From an uncultured Acidobacteriota bacterium (lineage in GTDB: Bacteria > Acidobacteriota > Vicinamibacteria > Fen-336), in assembly GCA_964442185.1 (NCBI GenBank), contig CAYTWT010000293.1, positions 17,902 to 81,901 of the forward strand: 64,000 nucleotides of DNA, written 5' to 3'. Under the pieces are notes generated by a model. That model was not told where the DNA came from. It worked only from the letters and a program-made list of their open reading frames with translations, and made no database searches. The position numbers and the translations under genes are program-made. This document shows, in pieces, positions 11,912-21,214 of the stretch; the first letter of the stretch is position 1, and each line of letters opens with the position of its first letter.

Positions 11912-11991
11912 CGTCGTGCCTATCCGGTCCAAGTGAGCGAGAGAAAGACCTTCCTCGCTCTCCTTCATTTCGCCGCTCCCGCGAGATCCTC

Positions 11992-13506
<1,515 letters not shown>

Positions 13507-13540
13507 TGCTCGCCCGCCTTGCCGACACGCTCGCCGGGAC

Positions 13541-13975
13541 TCAGGGGTCCTGTACGTCCGTGCGATCGCCGGCGCCGGGCCGGACGGTGATCTGTACGTT
13601 CTGCGTCGCGAAGGGCTTGCCGGTGCGGCGCAGCGTCACCTTGACGTTGTAGGTGGAAGCCCGGCCGTAGGTGTGGTTGGCCGTGAAGCGACGCTCGATC
13701 TTGGTGGTTCCGGGCTCGAACGGAACACAGTCGCCTTCCTGCACGCTCTTGCCCCCGTCGTCCCATTCCCACGTGAGCTCGGGACAGTAGAAGTCCTCGA
13801 TGTCGTCGCCGCCAGCCAGCTCCGCCGTGAACAGCACGCTGACGGGCGAGAAGGAGAAGCGCGGGGTCCCGCGCAGGGCCAAGCTCGGCTTCTTGCCCTT
13901 GGCGTCCTCCGCCGCGCTGCCGGGGCCGGCGGCGAGAGCAAGCAGGACGGGGAAGGCCACGGCACGGACATGCAT
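13541..13975 (-). CDS. Secreted hypothetical protein, PKD/Ig-like beta-sandwich
   Basis: Signal peptide MHVRAVAFPVLLALAAGPGSAAE; two Cys; no catalytic motif recognised. Confidence 0.5.
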   Translation of the reverse strand: MHVRAVAFPVLLALAAGPGSAAEDAKGKKPSLALRGTPRFSFSPVSVLFTAELAGGDDIEDFYCPELTWEWDDGGKSVQEGDCVPFEPGTTKIERRFTANHTYGRASTYNVKVTLRRTGKPFATQNVQITVRPGAGDRTDVQDP

Positions 13976-14047
13976 CGGAAACTCCTCGGAAGCCCCCTTC
14001 CAATTTTCATTCTAGTCTCAAACGCCCCCGCCATAGAATGCGGGGTC

Positions 14048-14761
14048 ATGTCCGAGCCAAGGCTCCTGCGCCTCGCACCCAGCGCCTCCCTCAAGGAGAA
14101 GCGTCTGACCGCGCTCCTTGCAGGACGAGCCGCCGATGATCCCGCACTCGCCGAGGTCGTCGAAGACGCGCAGCTTCTCGGCAGCCTGGAGCTTGCCGGC
14201 CTCGCGGCGAGTTGGGGCGAGGTCCGGGCCTCACGCCGGGGCGAGGCGGCGCCGGTGGGAATCGCGGCTCTGCGCAGCGCCAACGTCGCCGTGGCACGCG
14301 ACAGCCCGCTCACGGTAGAAGCGCTCCTGGCGTGGCATGGCAGCGCCACCGGCAGCAGGGCTGGCTTTCGCACGACCGAAAGGTCCCGGGACGTCGGCCC
14401 TCCGCCAGCGCCGGCTTTGTTCGTCAAGAGCCGCCTGGCGATCGCCGAGCAGTGGCTCGGGAGCGCCAGCGCCCACGAGTTGAAGCCGGTCGAAGCCGCG
14501 GCCCTGGCGCTGGCACGGATCGTGGAAATCGCGCCATTCGCCGACGGCAACGGCCGCGTCTCTCGCCTCGCCGCTGCGCACTTGCTGCGCCGCGGAGGCG
14601 CCAGGCCGCCGATTCTCGTGGGCGGGGATCGGCCGCGGCTCGAGGCCGCACTTGCGTCGGCCTTCCGGCTCGACATGAGCCCGCTCGTGGCGCTCCTCGA
14701 TGAAGCCTCGGAACGGGCCCTCGACGTGATGATCCAGAGTCTCGAAGGGCGCGGCTACTAG
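14048..14761 (+). CDS. Fic/DOC-family protein with degenerate Fic motif (APFADGNGR instead of HPFx[DE]GNGR)
   Basis: Fic motif region IVEIAPFADGNGRVSRLAAAHLL; start ATG 72 bp from divergent secreted gene. Confidence 0.7.
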   Translation: MSEPRLLRLAPSASLKEKRLTALLAGRAADDPALAEVVEDAQLLGSLELAGLAASWGEVRASRRGEAAPVGIAALRSANVAVARDSPLTVEALLAWHGSATGSRAGFRTTERSRDVGPPPAPALFVKSRLAIAEQWLGSASAHELKPVEAAALALARIVEIAPFADGNGRVSRLAAAHLLRRGGARPPILVGGDRPRLEAALASAFRLDMSPLVALLDEASERALDVMIQSLEGRGY

Positions 14762-15729
14762 AGCAGGGCACCCAGGAAGTCGACGGCCCGCTCGCCGGCC
14801 CAGAAGGAACCGGGCGCCCCGCATGGAGCCACGAAGCCAACGTGGCCACCGGTCTTGAGCATCTCACGCGTGAGCAGGCCCGACGCCGGCAGTGGCCAGC
14901 GCGATACCGAAGCGGCCGGGATCATCGGGTCGTCCTGCGCCATGAGAATCAGTGCGGGTCGTCCGATCGCGCCAAGGTGTGGCCCAGCGCTCGAGCGAGC
15001 GTAGTAATCCGCCGCGTCTCGGTAGCCGCCATAGGGCGCCGTGATGGCTTCGTCGTAGCCGCGCACACTCGTGAGGCCCTGCTCGCGGCCGGCTTCGTAC
15101 AGGTCGGGTCGCGCCGCCTGGCGCTCGCGATAGGCGCGTCGCAGGTTGCGCATGAAGTAGAGCTGGTAGAGAACGTTGCCCGGCGCATCGAGCGCGGTCG
15201 CGCAGGCGTCGAGATCCAGCGGCGGCGACACGCCGACGACGCCGACGAGGCCGGCCGGCAGCTGGTCGCCGCTCCGGCCGAGCGCCAGCAGGACGAGGTT
15301 CGCGCCGAGCGAGAAACCCACCACGGCCAGGCGCGGCGTCAAATCGGCCAGCGCGTCCAGCACGGCCACCAGGTCCGAGTCGAGGCCGGCATTGTAGAGA
15401 ACTGCCGAGAAACCCATCCCGTCGCCAGCGCCGCGCATGTTCATGCGCACCACGTGCCAGCCTCTCGACCAGGCCAAAGCGCCCGTGGCCAAACCATACG
15501 TGGCGCTGTCCCAGCCGCCCAGCCCGTGGATCAGGACGAGCGCCGGCCGCGATTTGCGTGGCCCCGGCTGCCAGCTCGCGCGGAGCAGGAGACGAATCCC
15601 CCTGCCCGCCTCCACGATCACGTCCTCAGTGGGGTGCCGCCACTCGAGGTGGCGCCTTGACCAATAGCCGAGCAGCGTCTGGCGGTGACCGCCGGACGTG
15701 AAGAGGCGGGGCCTGAAAGGCCTCAACAA
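14758..15729 (-). CDS. Alpha/beta hydrolase, YheT/abhydrolase-type
   Basis: N-terminal FRPRLFTSGGHRQTLLG (YheT-family start), HG motif LVLIHGLGG, nucleophile elbow GFSLGAN; start assigned to TTG next to ADH stop (uncertain +/- few codons). Confidence 0.7.
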   Translation of the reverse strand: MLRPFRPRLFTSGGHRQTLLGYWSRRHLEWRHPTEDVIVEAGRGIRLLLRASWQPGPRKSRPALVLIHGLGGWDSATYGLATGALAWSRGWHVVRMNMRGAGDGMGFSAVLYNAGLDSDLVAVLDALADLTPRLAVVGFSLGANLVLLALGRSGDQLPAGLVGVVGVSPPLDLDACATALDAPGNVLYQLYFMRNLRRAYRERQAARPDLYEAGREQGLTSVRGYDEAITAPYGGYRDAADYYARSSAGPHLGAIGRPALILMAQDDPMIPAASVSRWPLPASGLLTREMLKTGGHVGFVAPCGAPGSFWAGERAVDFLGALL

Positions 15730-16751
15730 CGCAGGACGAGCTTTCCGAAGTGCTGCGAGGCCTCCATCATCTCGTGAGCGCGCCGCGCCTCCGCGAGGGG
15801 CAGCACGGCGTGGATCGCCGGTTTCAGCTTGCCGGCGAAGAGCAGCTCCGCCGCTTCGAGCAGCTCCGCTTTGCTGCCCATGTACGAGCCCATCAGCGTG
15901 AGCTGCTTGGAGAACAGGTAGCGGAGCTCGGTCGCGCCGTTCGGCCCCGTCGTCGCGCCGCACGTCACCAGCCGGCCCCGATGGGCGAGAGCCTGGATCG
16001 AGCGTTCCCACGTCGCTTGCCCGACATGTTCGATCACCACCTCCACGCCCTTCTTGTTCGTGAGGCGCCGGACTTCGGCGAGCACGTCGCCCTGGTGATG
16101 GTCGATCACCTCGTCGGCGCCCAGGCTCCGCGCCAGTTTCAGCTTCGGACCGGTGCCGGCAGTAGCGATCACGCGCGCGCCCCAGTGCTTCGCGACCTGG
16201 ATCGCCGCCATGCCGACACCGCTACCGGCGGCCCAGACGAGCACGTCCTCGCCCGGCCTCACACGGGCGCGGGTCACGAGCATGCGCCACGCGGTGAGGA
16301 ACACGAGCGGAAAGGCCGCGGCCGCTTCGAAGCTGATGTTGCCTGGGAGCGGGATCACGTTTGCGAGCGGGCAGCGCACCAGTTCCGCGTAGCCGCCGTG
16401 GAGCTGGGCGCCGAGGATCCGGTAGTGGCGACAGGCGCTGTCCTCGCCGGAAAGGCAGGCGCGACATCGACCGCAGGAGGTGCCGGGCGAAAGCATGACA
16501 CGCTGGCCGATGGCCAGGCCCTCGCAGGCGCTGCCGAGTGCTTCGACCTCCCCGGCGATGTCGTTGCCGAGGATGTGCGGGAGGGGGATCGGCCGCCCAG
16601 GCAGGCCGCGCCGCGTCCACAGGTCGAGATGGTTGAGTGCGCACGTGCGCACGCGAACCAGGACCTCGCCGGGCGCCGCGACGGGATCGGGGGAGTCCTC
16701 GTAGCGCAGGACTTCCGGTCCGCCGTGCTCGTGCATCACCACCGCCTTCAT
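15723..16751 (-). CDS. Zinc-dependent alcohol dehydrogenase / MDR-family oxidoreductase
   Basis: MKAVVMHEHGGPEVL..., GxGxxG Rossmann AAGSGVGMAAIQ; MDR fold. Confidence 0.85.
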   Translation of the reverse strand: MKAVVMHEHGGPEVLRYEDSPDPVAAPGEVLVRVRTCALNHLDLWTRRGLPGRPIPLPHILGNDIAGEVEALGSACEGLAIGQRVMLSPGTSCGRCRACLSGEDSACRHYRILGAQLHGGYAELVRCPLANVIPLPGNISFEAAAAFPLVFLTAWRMLVTRARVRPGEDVLVWAAGSGVGMAAIQVAKHWGARVIATAGTGPKLKLARSLGADEVIDHHQGDVLAEVRRLTNKKGVEVVIEHVGQATWERSIQALAHRGRLVTCGATTGPNGATELRYLFSKQLTLMGSYMGSKAELLEAAELLFAGKLKPAIHAVLPLAEARRAHEMMEASQHFGKLVLRC

Positions 16752-16805
16752 GACCTTTCCTCCGGCCTATAATCGCCGCTGCTCGAGAGGCGCTGAGAGC
16801 CCGAA

Positions 16806-17456
16806 ATGATACAGGCGTTTCATGTTTACAAGCAGTACGACCGGGACTCCATAGCACTCTCGGACATCACGCTGCATGTCGAAAAGGGCGAGTTCTGCTT
16901 TCTCACGGGCCCCTCGGGCGCCGGGAAGACGACCTTCCTCAAGTTGGTGTTCCGCGAGGAGCTGCCTACCCAGGGCCAGATCCTCGTGGGCGGGCGCAAC
17001 GTCACCGCGATTCCCGATGTGCAGATCCCCGAGCTGCGGCGCTCCATCGGCGTCGTGTTCCAGGACTTCAAGCTGCTCAAGCGGAAAACCATCCTGGAGA
17101 ACGTCGCCTTCGTGCTGCGGATCCTCGCGGTGCCGCACAAGGAGCAAAAGCGGCGCGCCTTCGCGGCGCTCAAGGCCGTGGGCCTTCACCACAAGATGCA
17201 CGCCTACCCGATGCAGCTCTCAGGCGGTGAGCAGCAGCGTGTGGCGATCGCCAGGGCCTTGATCAACGAGCCGATGCTGCTGCTGGCGGACGAGCCCACG
17301 GGCAACCTCGACCCCGAGATGGCCCAGGAGATCATGACCCTCTTCCAGGAGGTCAACGCGCGCGGCACGACGGTGCTCGTTGCCACCCACGATCGCGAGA
17401 TGATCCAGCGCATGGGTAAGCGCGTGATCACGATAGAGCGGGGGCGCGTGAGTTAG
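16806..17456 (+). CDS. ftsE: Cell-division ABC ATPase FtsE
   Basis: MIQAFHVYKQY..GPSGAGKTT..LSGGEQQRVAIARAL..LLADEPTGNLD; FtsE-specific N-terminus. Confidence 0.88.
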   Translation: MIQAFHVYKQYDRDSIALSDITLHVEKGEFCFLTGPSGAGKTTFLKLVFREELPTQGQILVGGRNVTAIPDVQIPELRRSIGVVFQDFKLLKRKTILENVAFVLRILAVPHKEQKRRAFAALKAVGLHHKMHAYPMQLSGGEQQRVAIARALINEPMLLLADEPTGNLDPEMAQEIMTLFQEVNARGTTVLVATHDREMIQRMGKRVITIERGRVS

Positions 17457-17605
17457 GCGTTCGACAGGGCACGCTCCGCGCTGTGATGAAACAGCGCAGG
17501 AATTGCGATCGGCCCCAAGGGCCGCGCGAAGGCCTTGCCGCCCTGGCCTCGCAAGCGGATTGCGTGCCGGCATCTTGATTGCATCAAACTCGAAAGGGGT
17601 TCCCC

Positions 17606-18367
17606 ATGGCGCTGGGATCGGGAGGCATGAGCCGGGCGCGGCGTGGCGCCCTTTTCGGCGCCTTCTGGTCGGCGGGTGCGCCTATCGGCTTGCTGTTGGT
17701 GCGCGGCCTCGCCGCGGGCACGCTTGATGCAGCCTTCGTCATGGCTGACCTGCGGGCCGAGGCTTGGAGCTACGCCTACGTTGCCGCGTCTACGGCTGTT
17801 GCCTTCACGCTGCTCGGATTCATCTTGGGCCGCCAGGCCGACCAGTTCTTCGAGGCCTCGACCAGCGACCCACTCACCGGACTGCGCAACCGGCGGGCGC
17901 TGCGCGAGTCTCTGGTGAGAGAATGGGCCAGGGCCCGGCGCTACCAAACACCCTTGTCGGTTCTCGCCATCGACCTCGACGGGCTGAAGGTCATCAACGA
18001 CAGCCTGGGCCACAGGGCCGGCGACGCGGCCATCGACTGCGCTGCCCAGGCGCTCGTCCGAAATTCGCGCCAGGCGGACACGGCGGCCCGCTGGGGAGGC
18101 GACGAGTTCCTCCTGCTAGCGCCAGAGACCGACCGGGCCGAGGCTCTGCGCCTCGGCGAGCGGGTTCGCGCCGTGTGCACCGAGCAGGCGCAGAGCGGCA
18201 TCGGGCGTCGGCTCACGCTCTCGATCGGCGTCGCCACGCGAACACCCGGCTCGTGTTCGGAAGCCACCGAATTGGAAGCCACCGAAGAAGAGCTGCTGCG
18301 TGCCGCCGATCAGGCGCTCTACCAGGCCAAGCGCGCCGGTGGCAACTGCGTCACGGCGGCCGAGTGA
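17606..18367 (+). CDS. Membrane-anchored GGDEF diguanylate cyclase
   Basis: N-terminal 3 TM segments, then RNRRAL...AIDLDGLKVINDSLGH...RWGGDEFLLL GGDEF active site; AAAGGGG SD 6 nt upstream of ATG. Confidence 0.8.
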   Translation: MALGSGGMSRARRGALFGAFWSAGAPIGLLLVRGLAAGTLDAAFVMADLRAEAWSYAYVAASTAVAFTLLGFILGRQADQFFEASTSDPLTGLRNRRALRESLVREWARARRYQTPLSVLAIDLDGLKVINDSLGHRAGDAAIDCAAQALVRNSRQADTAARWGGDEFLLLAPETDRAEALRLGERVRAVCTEQAQSGIGRRLTLSIGVATRTPGSCSEATELEATEEELLRAADQALYQAKRAGGNCVTAAE

Positions 18368-18402
18368 AGGCTTGGCCCTTGGGTATGTGAGGTGCGCGGC
18401 GC

Positions 18403-19017
18403 TCAGGCGCCAAGCATGGCGCTGACACGGGCGACAACCGCCTCGAGCGCGACGGCATTCTCGGCGCCTTCGGGCACAATCAGGTCCGCATAACGCTTGC
18501 TGGGCTCGACGAACTCGAGATGCATCGGACGCACCGAGGACAGATACTGCCGCTCGACGGACTCGAACGAACGGCCGCGATCCTTGATGTCGCGGCGCAG
18601 ACGCCGCAGGATCCGCACGTCGGCGTCGGTGTCGATGAAGAGCTTGATATCCATCAGCCGACGCAGCGGCTCTTCGGCCAGGATCAGGATGCCCTCTAGC
18701 AAGATCACGGGTCGTGGCAGCAGGGGATCGCTCAGGACTCGCCGCGAATACATGGCGTGGTCATAGCTCAACTGCGGCGCCGGCCGACCGGCCTTGAGGT
18801 CGCGCAGGTCCTGCACCAGCAGTGTCGTGTCGAAGGCGTCGGGATGATCGTAGTTGATCGCCGCCCGCGCGGCGGCGTCCAGGTTGCTACCGTCCTTGTA
18901 GTAGGAGTCCTGCGCAATCGTCACGCAGCGCTCGCGGTCAAAGCGCGAAGCGACTTTCTCTGCAAAGGAGGTCTTGCCGGAGCCAGTCCCGCCTGCGATC
19001 CCGATCAGAACGCCCAC
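18403..19017 (-). CDS. udk: Uridine kinase
   Basis: GIAGGTGSGKTS P-loop, DSYYK, LLEGILIL motifs. Confidence 0.9.
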   Translation of the reverse strand: MGVLIGIAGGTGSGKTSFAEKVASRFDRERCVTIAQDSYYKDGSNLDAAARAAINYDHPDAFDTTLLVQDLRDLKAGRPAPQLSYDHAMYSRRVLSDPLLPRPVILLEGILILAEEPLRRLMDIKLFIDTDADVRILRRLRRDIKDRGRSFESVERQYLSSVRPMHLEFVEPSKRYADLIVPEGAENAVALEAVVARVSAMLGA

Positions 19018-19022
19018 TGGCG

Positions 19023-19038
19023 CTGGATTATAATCCAG
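19023..19038. promoter_or_regulatory. Perfect 16-bp palindrome CTGGATTATAATCCAG containing a consensus -10 (TATAAT) in the 26-bp udk/ftsX divergent spacer
   Basis: Self-complementary AT-rich element in a ~70% GC genome, 5-10 bp from both start codons. Confidence 0.4.
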
Positions 19039-19043
19039 GGCGC

Positions 19044-19937
19044 ATGCTGCTCCTGCGGGCCCTCGCGTACTTCGTGGAGGAGGCGTTCACCAGCCTCTGG
19101 CGGAGCCGGCTCATCAACGCGCTTTCGATCGGCACCATCGGTGTCAGCCTGTTCGTGCTCGGCGCGTTCCTGACCGTGGCGAGCAACCTGAATGCGGTCG
19201 TCACGCGCTGGACGCAGAAGGTGCAGGTGACGTTCTACCTCGAAGACGGCCTCGAGCCACGGATTCGCGAGATGTTTGAAAGCCGGCTCAAGGACGATCC
19301 CGCCGTGGAGAGCCTGGCGAGCGTGAGCCGGCAGGCGGCTCTGGATCGGTTTAGAGCGCTGTTCCGCGATCTGCGCGCCTTGCCCGACGACCTCGGCGAG
19401 AACCCGTTCCCGGAATCGCTCGAGGTGACAGTCAAGGCGGGGCACCAGTCGCCCGAGGAGATCGGCCGCTTCGTGGCCGCTTTCGGAGGGGCGGCCGGCG
19501 TCGAGGAGGTGCAGTACGACCTGCTGTGGATCGAGCGACTCGCAACGGTGGTGCGTTTGGTGCGTGGCCTGGGCGGCGTGCTCGGCGGGATCCTCGCCCT
19601 CGCCAGCATCTTCACGATCTCGAATGTGATCCGCCTGACTGTCTATGCTCGCCAGGACGAACTCGACATCATGCGCCTGGTGGGCGCGACGCGGGCCTAC
19701 GTGCGCGGGCCGTTCATCGTCGAAGGCATGCTGCAGGGAGGGCTCGGCGGCCTCGTGGCGGTGGGCCTGCTCTGGGGCGCACTGCGCTTCGTCTCGCGCG
19801 ACGTGCTGGCCGCCTCGGAGTTGCTGGGCCGCGCTGCGGTCTTCCTGCCCGGGGAATTGAGCGTCGCGATCGTGCTGGGTGGGATGACGGTCGGGCTGGT
19901 CGGAAGCCTCGTGAGCCTTGGCCGCAGCCAGGTGTAG
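19044..19937 (+). CDS. ftsX: Cell-division permease-like protein FtsX
   Basis: FtsX-family N-terminus, periplasmic loop, 4 TM; RLV conserved region IRLTVYARQDELDIMRLVGAT. Confidence 0.85.
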   Translation: MLLLRALAYFVEEAFTSLWRSRLINALSIGTIGVSLFVLGAFLTVASNLNAVVTRWTQKVQVTFYLEDGLEPRIREMFESRLKDDPAVESLASVSRQAALDRFRALFRDLRALPDDLGENPFPESLEVTVKAGHQSPEEIGRFVAAFGGAAGVEEVQYDLLWIERLATVVRLVRGLGGVLGGILALASIFTISNVIRLTVYARQDELDIMRLVGATRAYVRGPFIVEGMLQGGLGGLVAVGLLWGALRFVSRDVLAASELLGRAAVFLPGELSVAIVLGGMTVGLVGSLVSLGRSQV

Positions 19938-19945
19938 GGCCGTCT

Positions 19946-20707
19946 CTAGAAGGTGTAGGTTCGGCCCTGCACCATGACGTGCAGGTTACGGATCTTCAGC
20001 GCTTTCAGCTCGCGCTTGATCACAGCCAGGTGCTTGGGCTTGCAGCCGTAAATGTAGACCGGCACGTCCCGCTTGAGCTTCTTTAGTTCGAGCTCCAGCA
20101 TCCAAGGCGTCAGGTGGCCGGAGACCTTGGCCAGTTCCCTCAGTTCGTTGGGGAAGGAACACTCCGTGATCACGCCCTTCAGGCGCTTGGTGTTGTTGGT
20201 GATCTCCCAGAAGCGATGCGTTGGCCCCGTGTCGCTCGAGAAGGCGAGCGCGCCCTTCTTGTCCTCGAGGATGTAGCCCGCGGTCGGCACGCTATGCGAG
20301 ACGTGGACCGCGCGAATCCTGAGGCCGTTCACGACGAAGGGCTCCTCGGGCTGGACCTCGACGAGCTTCAAGACCGGGGTCATGTCGTTGGGGAGGCAGG
20401 TAAAGTCGGGCCAGGTGTGATTGTTGAAGAGATGATTCCGCATCGACGCGACGACCTCGGGGATCGCGTAGATGCGTAGCGCGAAACCAGGTGCCGTGAA
20501 GTTGTTGTCGATCAGAAACGGGAGGGTGCAGGTGTGATCCAGGTGCGAGTGCGAGATGAGGATGTCCTTGACGCGCTCCTGCTCACGCAGTGACAGCGCG
20601 TTCGAGACCCAGCCGGCGTCGAGAGCAAGCGTGTCGTTCACGAGGAACGACGTCATGCCGTGGCCCGGGATGTTGCCCCCGTAGCACCCAAGAGCTCTGA
20701 GCTTCAT
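19946..20707 (-). CDS. Class II 3',5'-cyclic-nucleotide phosphodiesterase (metallo-beta-lactamase fold)
   Basis: HxHLDH signature ISHSHLDHTC; ~58% GC versus ~70% flank. Confidence 0.7.
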   Translation of the reverse strand: MKLRALGCYGGNIPGHGMTSFLVNDTLALDAGWVSNALSLREQERVKDILISHSHLDHTCTLPFLIDNNFTAPGFALRIYAIPEVVASMRNHLFNNHTWPDFTCLPNDMTPVLKLVEVQPEEPFVVNGLRIRAVHVSHSVPTAGYILEDKKGALAFSSDTGPTHRFWEITNNTKRLKGVITECSFPNELRELAKVSGHLTPWMLELELKKLKRDVPVYIYGCKPKHLAVIKRELKALKIRNLHVMVQGRTYTF

Positions 20708-20934
20708 GCGCGCCTAGGGCTCACAGCCCTGCCGCCGCGAGGCCTCGTCTTCCATGCTGTTACGTCCCAAGTCTCTCATCTTTCGGCGGTTACTGGGCAG
20801 TAGCTCAGGGACGGTAGCACGCGCTCTCGGGAAGTGTCAAGTGTACGGCGCACTGCGCCACGCCGCGCTGGGCACGGCTCATACAATGGTTGGTATGTTG
20901 CTGCGTAAGATCCCCGAGGGATTGTACTTTTCCC

Positions 20935-20964
20935 TTGACACGCCAAAGGGCCGATCCGTAAACT
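20935..20964 (+). promoter_or_regulatory. Candidate sigma-70 promoter TTGACA-N18-TAAACT
   Basis: Consensus -35 hexamer, TAnnnT -10, in 507-bp lower-GC intergenic region. Confidence 0.35.
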
Positions 20965-20971
20965 CGACGCA

Positions 20972-21200
20972 CGCGAGAAAGGAGGTGGTCCAGTGGACAG
21001 TAGCAAACCCCGCGAGGTGGCTGACGCCTAGGTCATAAGCCGAGCGAATCCATCCTGAATCGCTTCAACTGGATGCCTCCAAGCCGGGTCGCAGGATCGG
21101 TCCCGCGAAATCGGAAAGAGGCCCGCTAGGCCGTAGCCGACCTGGCGAATCCCAACAGCGCACCGGGCCCTGGGGAGTTGGTGTACTCTCCAGGGTTTTC
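20972..21200 (+). ncRNA. Candidate ~230-nt small transcript (sRNA or small-protein mRNA) bounded by promoter and intrinsic terminator; contains SD AAAGGAGGTG + GTG-initiated 12-codon ORF (20993..21031)
   Basis: Promoter at 20935-20964, perfect SD at 20978-20987, 12-codon ORF, terminator hairpin at 21168-21199. Confidence 0.3.
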
Positions 21201-21210
21201 GTGTTTCTGG
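21168..21210 (+). terminator. Rho-independent terminator: CCCTGGGGAG-loop-CTCTCCAGGG followed by TTTTCGTGTTTC
   Basis: GC stem plus U-tract on + strand only (A-tract precedes on - strand, so not the OPT terminator). Confidence 0.45.
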
Positions 21211-21214
21211 CAGC

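Noticed and set aside
20800-20880. tRNA-like beginning GGGCAGTAGCTCAGGGACGGTAGCAC in the long intergenic region
   Set aside because: No matching acceptor-stem complement, no T-loop (GTTCRANYC) and no anticodon-arm geometry; only a superficial 5' half resemblance.
20754-21038. 94-aa + strand ORF (and 76-aa - strand ORF 20776..21006) in the lower-GC intergenic region
   Set aside because: No recognisable homology, no SD, crosses the better-supported promoter/SD/mini-ORF arrangement; treated as chance ORFs.
20708-21214. Possibility that the 507-bp region encodes RNase P RNA, tmRNA, SRP RNA or 6S RNA
   Set aside because: Could not find hallmark conserved boxes (RNase P GNAANNUC/ACAGNRA, tmRNA tag ORF + tRNA-like 3' end, SRP GGAA tetraloop helix); left as unclassified candidate sRNA instead.
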